From Actinomycetales bacterium (GTDB lineage Bacteria > Actinomycetota > Actinomycetes > Actinomycetales > CAWJMD01), in assembly GCA_047974565.1 (NCBI GenBank), contig JBKECN010000057.1, positions 49,560 through 113,559 of the forward strand: DNA of 64,000 nucleotides, given 5' to 3'. Both the position numbers and the translations under genes were made by a program. Under the pieces are notes generated by a model. That model had not been told where the DNA came from. It saw only the letters and a program-made list of their open reading frames with translations, and made no database searches. Position 1 is the stretch's first letter; every line of letters begins with the position of its first letter. Shown here one piece after another: positions 37,345-45,999 of this stretch.

Positions 37345-38138
37345 GTACCACCCTGACCACCCGAACCGTGTCCACCTGGAACGATCAGGTCACCCTGCGG
37401 GTGACGATCGGCGGCGAAGGCCCGCCCCTGGTGTACCTGCACCCCTCATCCGGCCTGACCTGGGACCCGTTCCTGGACAAACTCGCCGAGCGGTACACGA
37501 TCTACGCTCCGGAGTTTCCGGGCACCACCCCCGGAGATCCGTACGCCATCCACCGGATCGACGATCTGTGGGATGCGGTGCTCATCTACGAGCAGGCCCT
37601 GCGCGAACTGGGGGTGACGGGTGCACCGGTGATCGGGCAGTCCTTCGGTGGGATGCTCACCGCCGAGTTGGCCGCGGCCTACCCGGAGCTGTTCTCCCAG
37701 GTCGTCCTGCTCGACCCGGTCGGGCTGTGGCGCGACGACGCCCCGGTGGCCAACTGGATCGCCGCCCCCATGTCCGAGTTGCCGGCCATGCTCTTCGCCG
37801 ACCCGGAGGCGGAGGCGGCCCAGGCCATGCTGGCGATGCCCGAGGACGACGGCGCCCGCGCCGACGCGCAAGCCCAACTGGTATGGAACCTCGGCTCCAC
37901 CGGCAAGCTGTGCTGGCCCATCCCCGATCGCGGCCTGCACAAGCGCCTGCACCGGATCACCGCGCCGACCCTCATCGTGTGGGGCGAGCAGGACGCGCTG
38001 ATCTCCTCGGTCTACGCCGACGAGTTCGCCAGCCGGATCGCGGACAGCCGGATCGAGATCATCCCCAAGTCGGGCCACATCCCGCAGGTGGAACAGACCG
38101 ACACAACCCTGGCAGCCGTCAACGACTTCCTCACCTGA
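37341..38138 (+). CDS. alpha/beta-fold hydrolase (MhpC/BphD-like C-C or ester hydrolase)
   Basis: The ATG overlaps the LLM TGA (ATGA). The nucleophile elbow is IGQSFGG, and the C-terminal His region is IIPKSGHIPQVEQ. Confidence 0.85.
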   Translation: MSTTLTTRTVSTWNDQVTLRVTIGGEGPPLVYLHPSSGLTWDPFLDKLAERYTIYAPEFPGTTPGDPYAIHRIDDLWDAVLIYEQALRELGVTGAPVIGQSFGGMLTAELAAAYPELFSQVVLLDPVGLWRDDAPVANWIAAPMSELPAMLFADPEAEAAQAMLAMPEDDGARADAQAQLVWNLGSTGKLCWPIPDRGLHKRLHRITAPTLIVWGEQDALISSVYADEFASRIADSRIEIIPKSGHIPQVEQTDTTLAAVNDFLT

Positions 38139-38160
38139 CGGCGGCCCCGGCCGGGCTGCC

Positions 38161-38192
38161 GAGGGTCTGGGCGCAGCCGATCCCAGACCCTC
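38161..38192. terminator. bidirectional hairpin between convergent genes
   Basis: GAGGGTCTGGG-N10-CCCAGACCCTC, an 11-bp perfect stem, read directly. It overlaps the stop codon of the minus-strand hydrolase. Confidence 0.5.
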
Positions 38193-39669
38193 AGCAGTCG
38201 ATCCCATCCGCCGGCGCCTCGCCGTCCACCAGATAGTCCTCGACCAGTTCGTCCACGCACGAGTTGCCTCGCCCGTACGCCAGGTGCTGGGTTCCGGCCA
38301 CGCTCACCAGCACCCCTGACTCCAACTGGTCGGCCAGCGATCTCGCCCACAGGTACGGGGTGGCCGGGTCATGGGTGGTGCCGATGACCACGATCGGGGG
38401 TGCCCCGGCCGCTTGGACGGCCACCGCCCCGGTACCCGGCGACGCGGGGGCCGGCCAGGCCGCGCACATCGACTCCTGCCCCACCAGGCTCGGGCCGAGG
38501 ATCGGCGCCTGCGCGGTGATGCTCGCCGGGTCGGGGACGTCCTCCTCCTGGTCCGGTGCGGCTCGTACGTCCGCACAGATGGTGGCCCAGTACGCCTCGG
38601 TGAGGTTGGACCCGTAGGAACCGTCCGAGCGCCGGTCGTTGTACCCGTCCGCGAGCGCGAGAAGCCCGGTGCCGTCCCCGTTCTCCGCCTGATCCAGGGC
38701 CGCACTCAGTTCGGGCCAGCGCTGCTGGGAGTACAGCGCGGCGATGATGCCGGTGACCGCAAGCTGCTGGGTCAGCTGCCGGCTGGTGGAGGTGGGCAGG
38801 GGGCGGGCCGAGATCCGGGCCAACAAGTCGGTGACCTCTTCTCCGGCCGCGGCCTGATCCCCCTCATAGGGACAGTCACCGGCCTGCCCGGCCACGCAGG
38901 CCCGCAGGTACGCGGTGAAGACGTCCTCCATCCCGATCGCTTGGGCGAAGGCCACCTGCGACGGCGGGACCGACGGGTCCATCGCCCCGTCCAGGACGAA
39001 TCTGCCCACCTGCGGGGTGAACTGGTCGGCGTACCGGGCCCCGACGAGGGTGCCGTAGGAGTAGCCGAGGTAGTTCAGGGCCGGTTGATCGAGCACGGAT
39101 CGGATCAGATCGAGGTCGCGCACGGTGGAGCCGGTGTCCAGGTGCGCCACCAGGTCGGGAGCCGCTGCCGCACACCCCCGGGCCAGGACGGTGCCGGCCT
39201 GCGGACCCAGGTCACCGGCCACCAGGTCGTCCATCTCGCTGTCGGTCAGGCAGTCCACCGGTGCGGAGTCACCGGTCCCGCGCGGGTCGAAGGCGACCAG
39301 ATTCATCCGTTGACGCAGTCGGGCGGTGCCGACATCGGGGTTGTCCCGCAGCCTGGCTGCTCCAGCCACCCCCGGGCCGCCGAAGTCGAGCACCACCACA
39401 CCACGGGACCGCCGGTCCGCCGGGCGGCGGGCCAGCGCCAGGTCGATGCTCGCCCCGGTCGGGTCGTCCCAGTCCAGGGGGGTGGCGATCGTGGCGCACT
39501 CGACTCCCTTGCCGCATTCGCTCCACTCCGGCTGCTGGTTGTACAGGCCGTTGAGTTCCGGCGACGGGGCCGGCAGGTCGACGGGGGTGGCCGGCTGCTG
39601 CTGGGCGCACCCGAGCAGGAGACCGGCTGCGGCCACCAGCACACCTATCCGCGAGAGGGCACCCCTCAC
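38191..39669 (-). CDS. secreted/lipoprotein alpha/beta hydrolase of the Tap (tripeptidyl aminopeptidase, S33) type
   Basis: Lipobox is AAAGLLLGC. Contains FDPRGTGDS and GYSYGT (GxSxG). The GTG at 39669 was verified and overlaps the PSP1 TGA (GTGA). The track ORF 38191..39927 is over-extended. Confidence 0.75.
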   Translation of the reverse strand: MRGALSRIGVLVAAAGLLLGCAQQQPATPVDLPAPSPELNGLYNQQPEWSECGKGVECATIATPLDWDDPTGASIDLALARRPADRRSRGVVVLDFGGPGVAGAARLRDNPDVGTARLRQRMNLVAFDPRGTGDSAPVDCLTDSEMDDLVAGDLGPQAGTVLARGCAAAAPDLVAHLDTGSTVRDLDLIRSVLDQPALNYLGYSYGTLVGARYADQFTPQVGRFVLDGAMDPSVPPSQVAFAQAIGMEDVFTAYLRACVAGQAGDCPYEGDQAAAGEEVTDLLARISARPLPTSTSRQLTQQLAVTGIIAALYSQQRWPELSAALDQAENGDGTGLLALADGYNDRRSDGSYGSNLTEAYWATICADVRAAPDQEEDVPDPASITAQAPILGPSLVGQESMCAAWPAPASPGTGAVAVQAAGAPPIVVIGTTHDPATPYLWARSLADQLESGVLVSVAGTQHLAYGRGNSCVDELVEDYLVDGEAPADGIDC

Positions 39670-40400
39670 CGGGAGTGCTTCTCGACGAAGGACGCCCGCG
39701 AGCCACACGAGTCGGCCTGCGAGCAGCCACCGTCGGCCCCTTGGTGCGGTGCACGGGCGGTGAAGTCGGCATACGCCGGGTGCTCGTACCGTAGGCAGCA
39801 CATCAACCGTCCGCACGCCCCGGCGATCCGCAGGGGGTCGGTGCCCAGGTGCTGGTCGCGGGCCATCTGCAGGCTCACTGGCTCGAAGGTGTCCAGGAAG
39901 GTGGCGCAGCACAGTTCTCGTCCGCACACTCCGACCCCACCGACCACCTTGGCCCGCTCGCGTTCGCTGACCTGGCGCAGCAGTACCCGCATCCCGATCT
40001 CAGCGGTCAGGGATCGCAACAGTTCCCGGAAGTCGATCCGACGGGGTGCGCTGAACCAGATGGTCACCCGCTGGTCACCGGGCACCCATTCACTGCCGAG
40101 CACCTGCATGGGCAGGGCCCGCTTGCGGATTGCTCGTTTGGCTGCGGTGCGCGCCTTGACCGCACGTCGCTCCGCGTCCTGGGCGGCCTCGATGTCCTCG
40201 GGTGTGGCTACCCGCAGAACCTGCGGGAGTTCGGCCAGCGGCTCGTCGGCGAAGGTGGGCCCCCAGAGCACCGTGCCCACTCGATCGACTCCGGCAACCG
40301 GCACGACGACCTTGTCGCCGACAGCCAGCTGATGAGTGCCGGGACTGGCGTAATGCAGTCGCCCGTGCTTGACATAGGCGACCGCCACGATCGAGGTCAC
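39666..40400 (-). CDS. PSP1 domain protein (RicT/YaaT-like)
   Basis: The Cys-rich tail is VCGRELCCATFL..GACGRLMCCLRYE. The position downstream of holB is conserved. Confidence 0.8.
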   Translation of the reverse strand: MTSIVAVAYVKHGRLHYASPGTHQLAVGDKVVVPVAGVDRVGTVLWGPTFADEPLAELPQVLRVATPEDIEAAQDAERRAVKARTAAKRAIRKRALPMQVLGSEWVPGDQRVTIWFSAPRRIDFRELLRSLTAEIGMRVLLRQVSERERAKVVGGVGVCGRELCCATFLDTFEPVSLQMARDQHLGTDPLRIAGACGRLMCCLRYEHPAYADFTARAPHQGADGGCSQADSCGSRASFVEKHSR

Positions 40401-40461
40401 CCTGCCAGCCTAGGGCCTTGCCCGCCGAAACCCCTGCGCTCGAAGCCGCTCGAACCTGTCG

Positions 40462-41634
40462 CTAGGAGGCGACGGCGATCTGCACGAGCATCGCCTCCAC
40501 GACCATGAGGGGGTTGGCGCTGGTGCCCAGGCGTGAGCGGGCCTCGGCAATGGCGTCCATCCGCCGCAGCGTCATCGTCGGCGTGCTGTCGCGGACCAGG
40601 CGGGCGAGCCGGTCTCGTTCGGAGCCGTTGACCAGTTCGGCGTCCGCTCCCAGTTGGAGCATGAGCACGTCCCGGTAGACCGACACCAGATCGAGCAGGG
40701 CCCGGTCGATGACGTCGCGTTTGAACCTGGTGGCGCGCTTCTTCTGTTCCGCCTCCAGGGCCTTGACCTGGCTGCGCACCGGTGGCGGCAGCCGGCTCTC
40801 GTTCTCATAGCCCAAGGCGCGAAGCAGTTCTGAGCGCTCGGTGGCGTCGCGGTCCGCGATCGATGCGGCGGCCTCCTCGTTGGCCACCTCGATCAGCCGA
40901 CCGGCTTGCAGCACGGCCCCTCCCACGCCGCGCAGGCCGAACGCCAGATCGAGCACCTCGTGACGCCGCAGCCGGGCATCCTCGTCCCGGGCCAGCCGCC
41001 AGGCCCGCCCGATGTGGCTCTGGGCCGCCTTGGCGGCGAAGGAGGCCATCGCCGGGTCGGCACCGCGACGGACCAGCAGTTCCGCGACGTCCGTGGTGGA
41101 CGGAACCCGGAGCCGAACCGGGCGACAGCGCGACCGGATGGTGACCGCGACGTCGTGAGGCCCGGGCGCGCACAGCATCCAGACCGTGCGCTCGGGTGGC
41201 TCCTCGATCGCTTTGAGCAGTGCGTTGTAGGCGTGCTCGTTGAGCCGGTCGGCATCTTCGATGAGCAACACACGCCAACGCCCCTGCGAGGGCGCCCGCG
41301 CAGCCACCTGGATCAGCTCGCGGGCCTCCTTCACGGCGATGATGCTGCCCTCGGTGGCCACCACGTGCACATCCGGGTGAGTCCCGGCCTGGACGGTGTG
41401 ACAGGAATGGCAGTGGCCGCAGCCCCCGGTCTCACACTGCAGTGCAGCGGCGAACGCCCGCGCGGCCGTGGAGCGCCCCGCCCCGGGAGGCCCGGTGAAC
41501 AGCCATGCGTGGGTCAGCCCGGGAACCTGCTCCCCGCCCACTGCGCGGGCGAAGCCGGCCACCGCGCCACGAAGCTCGGCCACGGGTTCGTTCTGCCCGA
41601 CGAGTTCGCTCCACACGTCGGTGCCCACGCTCAC
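40462..41634 (-). CDS. holB: DNA polymerase III subunit delta'
   Basis: Contains HAWLFTGPPGAGRS, the Zn module CETGGCGHCHSC, and LLKAIEEPP. The GTG at 41634 overlaps the tmk TGA (GTGA). The track start is 41646. Confidence 0.85.
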   Translation of the reverse strand: MSVGTDVWSELVGQNEPVAELRGAVAGFARAVGGEQVPGLTHAWLFTGPPGAGRSTAARAFAAALQCETGGCGHCHSCHTVQAGTHPDVHVVATEGSIIAVKEARELIQVAARAPSQGRWRVLLIEDADRLNEHAYNALLKAIEEPPERTVWMLCAPGPHDVAVTIRSRCRPVRLRVPSTTDVAELLVRRGADPAMASFAAKAAQSHIGRAWRLARDEDARLRRHEVLDLAFGLRGVGGAVLQAGRLIEVANEEAAASIADRDATERSELLRALGYENESRLPPPVRSQVKALEAEQKKRATRFKRDVIDRALLDLVSVYRDVLMLQLGADAELVNGSERDRLARLVRDSTPTMTLRRMDAIAEARSRLGTSANPLMVVEAMLVQIAVAS

Positions 41635-43835
41635 TCCGGCTCCCACGGGTCGCGTCCGGTGTGCGGCTGGGCGACGCCGCGGTCCGTTGGGTGGGTGTCG
41701 ATCGCCTCGGTGGCCGGTTGCGAGGTGGGCTTGGGCGAACGGCCGGACGACCGTTGCCTGGGCCGGTGCCCCGCGGGAGGCTCGAGCGCACCCTCGTCGA
41801 CACCCAGGGCCGGGCGCAGGCGCGCGGTGATCTGCTCGTTGATGTCGAGGGGATCGGCGGTGGCGTCGATGACGAGGTAACGACGTGGATGTCGCTTGGC
41901 CCGGTGCAGGAACCCTTGCCGGACCCGTTCATGGAACTCCAGACCCTCCGCCTCGACCCGGTCGAGGCTGCCTCCTGCGGCCGCCAGGCGCCGCCGGGCG
42001 ACCGCCGGGTCGATATCGAGGATGACTGTCAGATCGGGCAGGAGACCGGAAGTGGCCCAGGTGGAGATCCGCAGGATGCCTTCCGGGTCGAAGCCCCGGC
42101 CCGAGCCCTGGTAGGCGATCGAGGAGTCGAGGTACCGGTCGGTGATGACCACCTCGCCACGTTCGAGGGCCGGCAGCACCACCGTGTGGACGTGCTGTGC
42201 GCGGTCGGCCGCGAAGATGAGCGCCTCGGCGTGCGGGTTGAGCTGACCGCCGTGCAGCACGATCTGGCGCAGAGTGAGCCCCAACTCGGTGGCACCGGGC
42301 TCGCGGGTGGTGAGTACGGTACGGCCCAGATCGGTGCTCAGCCAGGAGGACAGCAACCGGATCTGACTGGTCTTGCCGGCGCCGTCGCCGCCCTCGAAGG
42401 CGATGAAGTAGCCGGAGTACTGGGGCTGGGTGTCCGCCCCCCGGGTCGGCCGGTTCTGCCAGGCCTGGGAGAGATCCTCGCTCAGACTCAGCGACGAGTG
42501 CTCGTTCATCGTGTGGTAACTCACCAGGCCGAGCACGATGGCGATGAGCCCGGCCACCCCGAGGGTGATGGAGGCACCGTTGTAGTTGAGTTCCACCGCG
42601 CTGATCCGCACCTGCCGTTCGCCGAACAGCGCTGCCAGGCCAGGGGCCACCGCCATCACCGCGATGAGCACGATCCGCGCGCCGTTCTGGACGAAGGCGA
42701 AGGTACGCCCGCGCACGTCGTCGGCCACCTCGGTACCGAGCATCGTGTAGCCGGTGACCCAGGCGACTCCGGCTGCGGTGCCCAGCAGCAGGGTGAAGAT
42801 GACGGCCAGCACACTGTTGGGGACCAGCGCCATCAAGCACAGCCAGAACCCCGCCAGCAGCAGCGAGAGCGCGAACATCCGCCAGCGGGACAGATCCGGA
42901 AGGAGCCTGGGACCTGCCCACATGCCCACGGCCAGCCCGGTGAAGACGGCGGCGAAGAGCATGCCATAGGCCGGAGCGCCGGCACCGAGATCGAGGGCGT
43001 AGGTGGGCGCGACCCCGATCACGAAGCCCCCGGCCCCGAAGGCCCCGAGCATGCCCACCACGAGGCCCCGGATGGTGCGGTTGCGACCCACGAACGACCA
43101 GCCGTCCACGATGGACCGCCACATGCCCGGCTCCCGGGCCGACGGATCGGGCCGCGACGCCGGACCCGGCGGAATCTTCAGCCGCCAGATCACCAGGGCC
43201 GCGACCAGGTTGGTCACCGCGTTGGCATACATCGCCATGTCTGGCGCACTACCGACCCACGGGGCGACATTGTCGATGACCCCGGTGAGCAGCGAGATAC
43301 CGGTGAACGCCAGGGCAGCCACCGGGGCCGAGCCGTACGTGGTGGCCAGGCTCAACTGGTTGGCTGCCTCGAGCCGCTCCTTGGGGACCAGGTTGGGCAC
43401 GGTGGCGTCCTTGGCGGGCATCCAGAACAGGCCGACGATCTCGGCCAGGACGGTGGCCACCATGAGCCACCACAGGGTGCCGACGATCGGGATGGAGAAG
43501 TACAGCCCGAAACGCACCAGGTCGCCGACCACCATCGTGGTCTTGCGGTCGAACCGGTCGGCGAAGGCACCGGCCAGCGGGCCCAGCAGCACTGCGGGGG
43601 CGAGCCGGAGGATGAGCACCCCGGAGACGGCGAGGTTGGCGGCCGCGTAGGAACTCTGGGCCCCCAGCCCGGCCGCCATCGCGGTGGCCGCCAACAGCCC
43701 GAGCCAGTCCCCGAAGGAGGACAGGCCCAGGGACAACCACAGCCGCCGGAAATCACGCAGGCGCAGCACTCCGCGCACGGCGTGGTCGGGGGTTTGGCTC
43801 ACCCGCTCAGGGTAACGACCAGCACCGACAGCCAC
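41631..43835 (-). CDS. tmk: fusion protein: N-terminal MFS-type 12-TM domain + C-terminal thymidylate kinase
   Basis: The N-terminal about 420 aa are polytopic (DFRRLWLSLGLSSFGDWLG..). The C-terminal part has FIAFEGGDGAGKTS (P-loop), TREPG and ITDRYLDSSIAYQG. Start is GTG 43835 or GTG 43802. Confidence 0.85.
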   Translation of the reverse strand: MAVGAGRYPERVSQTPDHAVRGVLRLRDFRRLWLSLGLSSFGDWLGLLAATAMAAGLGAQSSYAAANLAVSGVLILRLAPAVLLGPLAGAFADRFDRKTTMVVGDLVRFGLYFSIPIVGTLWWLMVATVLAEIVGLFWMPAKDATVPNLVPKERLEAANQLSLATTYGSAPVAALAFTGISLLTGVIDNVAPWVGSAPDMAMYANAVTNLVAALVIWRLKIPPGPASRPDPSAREPGMWRSIVDGWSFVGRNRTIRGLVVGMLGAFGAGGFVIGVAPTYALDLGAGAPAYGMLFAAVFTGLAVGMWAGPRLLPDLSRWRMFALSLLLAGFWLCLMALVPNSVLAVIFTLLLGTAAGVAWVTGYTMLGTEVADDVRGRTFAFVQNGARIVLIAVMAVAPGLAALFGERQVRISAVELNYNGASITLGVAGLIAIVLGLVSYHTMNEHSSLSLSEDLSQAWQNRPTRGADTQPQYSGYFIAFEGGDGAGKTSQIRLLSSWLSTDLGRTVLTTREPGATELGLTLRQIVLHGGQLNPHAEALIFAADRAQHVHTVVLPALERGEVVITDRYLDSSIAYQGSGRGFDPEGILRISTWATSGLLPDLTVILDIDPAVARRRLAAAGGSLDRVEAEGLEFHERVRQGFLHRAKRHPRRYLVIDATADPLDINEQITARLRPALGVDEGALEPPAGHRPRQRSSGRSPKPTSQPATEAIDTHPTDRGVAQPHTGRDPWEPE

Positions 43836-43896
43836 GCCGAAGACCGACCCGGGAGGCCCCTGACTGTCCCCCGATCACCGTCCCGCGCCGCACCTG

Positions 43897-45231
43897 TCAG
43901 CGTGGCATCGCGGGCAGGCCGAGTTCGTACAGCCACGAGCGCCACAGCCCACGGGTGGAGGAGTCATGGCGGCTGGCCAGATCGATGAAGTCCTGCGTGG
44001 TGACCACCCCGTACTGGTTCCGGGCGCACCAGTCCCGCAGCAGTGAGAAGAAGACGCTGTCGCCCACATGCAAGCGCAGCGCGTGCAGGGTCAGGGCGCC
44101 GCGCTTGTAGACCCGGTCGTCGAACATCAGATCGGGGCCGGGGTCGGCAAGCCGCAGATCCTGCGGCGCCTGGGACAGCGCCGTCCAGTACTGCTGGGCC
44201 AACTCGCCTGCGCTGGGGCCTCCCGCTGACTGCGACCACAGCCATTCGGCGTAGCAGGCGAAGCCCTCGTGCAGCCAGATGTGTTCCCAGGCGGCGACGG
44301 TGACGCTGTTGCCGAACCACTGGTGAGCCAACTCGTGGGCGATGAGCCGCTCGTGCGTGCCGTCGAGATGATTGGCGCCGAAGACCGACAGCGACTGGGC
44401 CTCCAGCGGGATCTCCAGAGGGTCGTCGGTGACGACCACGCTGTACCGCGCGAAGGGATAGGGCCCGAACATCTCGGTGAATGCCTGCATCATCTGGGCC
44501 TGGCGGGCGAAGGCGACGTCGAAGTCACCGTGCAGGCGTGCAGGCAGGTAGGCGCGCAGTGGCACGCCGCTGGCCACTCCCAGGTCACGCTCGTCGTACC
44601 GGCCGATCTGCAAGGTGGCCAGGTAGGTGGCCATCGGCTCGGCGCTCTCATACTCCCAGCGCACCCGGCTGGCCTGCTGTCGCTGGGCTAGCGGCACCCC
44701 GTTGGCCACCACCCGGTAGCCGGACTCGGTGGTGATGGCGATCGCGAACCTCGCCTTGTTGCGCGGATGGTCATTGCACGGGAACCAGGACGGGGCACCG
44801 TTCGGCTGCCCGGCCACCAGGGCCCCGTCGGAGAGTTCCTCGAAGCCGACGTCGTCCCAGCGTCCGTGGATCGGCCGCGGTGAGCCGGAGTAGCCGACCT
44901 CCACGGTGATCGCCGAGCCCGCGCGCAACTGCTCGCGCAGTTGCACCCGCAGCCGTCCACTGCGATGGCTGTACCGGGCCGGGCTCTCCCCGTTCACCCG
45001 GATCTTCGAGACCCGCAGGGTGCCGGCCAGGTCAAGGTCGAGCCTGGAGAAGTCGACCTGGGCGCTGGCATGCAGCCGAGCCTTGCCCTCGAGCCGGTTG
45101 GTGCCCACCTTGTAGTCGAGATCGAGTTCGTAGCGGGACACCGCGTAGTCGTCGCTGCCGTGCTCGGGTAGATACGGATCGACCAGGGAATGGGACCGGG
45201 GCCGGGACTCGGTGTCTCGGCGCCGTCTCAC
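43897..45231 (-). CDS. M1-family zinc metallopeptidase (aminopeptidase N-like, short form)
   Basis: Contains HELAHQWFGN plus WLHEGFACYAE (HExxH-x18-E). Confidence 0.8.
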   Translation of the reverse strand: MRRRRDTESRPRSHSLVDPYLPEHGSDDYAVSRYELDLDYKVGTNRLEGKARLHASAQVDFSRLDLDLAGTLRVSKIRVNGESPARYSHRSGRLRVQLREQLRAGSAITVEVGYSGSPRPIHGRWDDVGFEELSDGALVAGQPNGAPSWFPCNDHPRNKARFAIAITTESGYRVVANGVPLAQRQQASRVRWEYESAEPMATYLATLQIGRYDERDLGVASGVPLRAYLPARLHGDFDVAFARQAQMMQAFTEMFGPYPFARYSVVVTDDPLEIPLEAQSLSVFGANHLDGTHERLIAHELAHQWFGNSVTVAAWEHIWLHEGFACYAEWLWSQSAGGPSAGELAQQYWTALSQAPQDLRLADPGPDLMFDDRVYKRGALTLHALRLHVGDSVFFSLLRDWCARNQYGVVTTQDFIDLASRHDSSTRGLWRSWLYELGLPAMPR

Positions 45232-45300
45232 CCGGCAACCCTAGGGCACGCGGGTGCGGGGGTGGATGTGAGGGACACCGACAGCGTCGCCACCGGCCGC

Positions 45301-45900
45301 GCAGCCGGAACCGGGAAGAAAGGGCACGCCCCAAACGTCACCAGGGTCACGTCTGGCAGCCTGAGGTGACCTCTAGCGTCGCCATCGGCCGCACTTCGTC
45401 ACCAGGGTCACGTCTGGCCGCGCACAACGTCACCCGGGTCACGTCCGGCAGCCACCGGTGACCACAACATGGCCATCTCCAGCCATCGGCCGCACAGCCG
45501 GAACCGGGAAGAAAGGGGCACGCCCCAAAACGTCACCGGGGTCGCATCTGGCAGCCGCAGGTAACCTCTAGCGTCGCCATCGGCCGCACTTCGTCACCCG
45601 GGTCACATCTGGTCGACGCACAACGTCACCCGAGTCACGTCTGGCAGCCACAGGTGACCTCAACTTGGCCATCGACAGCCATCGGCCGCACAGCCGGAGC
45701 CGGGAAGAAGGAGGCACGCCCCAAACGTCACCCGGGTCACATCTGGCAGCCAAGGGTGACCTCTAGCGTCGCCATCGGCCGCACTTCGTCACCCGGGTCA
45801 CGTCTGGGCGACGCACAGCGTCACCCGGGTCACGTCTGGCAGCCACAGGTGACATCTAGCGTCGCGACCGACCGCACTTTCGTCACCCGGGTCACGTCCG
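45301..45900 (+). repeat. array 3 of the core family: three copies of a 195-bp higher-order unit (10 cores)
   Basis: Cores start at 45335, 45396, 45427, 45530, 45591, 45623, 45725, 45786, 45818 and 45880. Spacings are 61,31,103,61,32,102,61,32,62. Each unit starts with CAGCCGGAACCGGGAAGAAAGG. Confidence 0.9.
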
Positions 45901-45999
45901 GCAGCCCCGATTCGTCGCAATGGTCGCCTGTAGCCACCGCGCCAAGGCCCCGCAGCGGCCTGAGGTCGCACCCTGGGTTCACGCCCCAGTCCGGCCGCC

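Noticed and set aside
33649-38190. An integrated mobile element or genomic island at tRNA-Thr
   Set aside because: I found no integrase, recombinase or transposase and no direct repeat of the tRNA 3' end downstream. Only circumstantial signs are present (a gene remnant and accessory-type genes). It is kept as a low-interest note, not as a mobile-element call.
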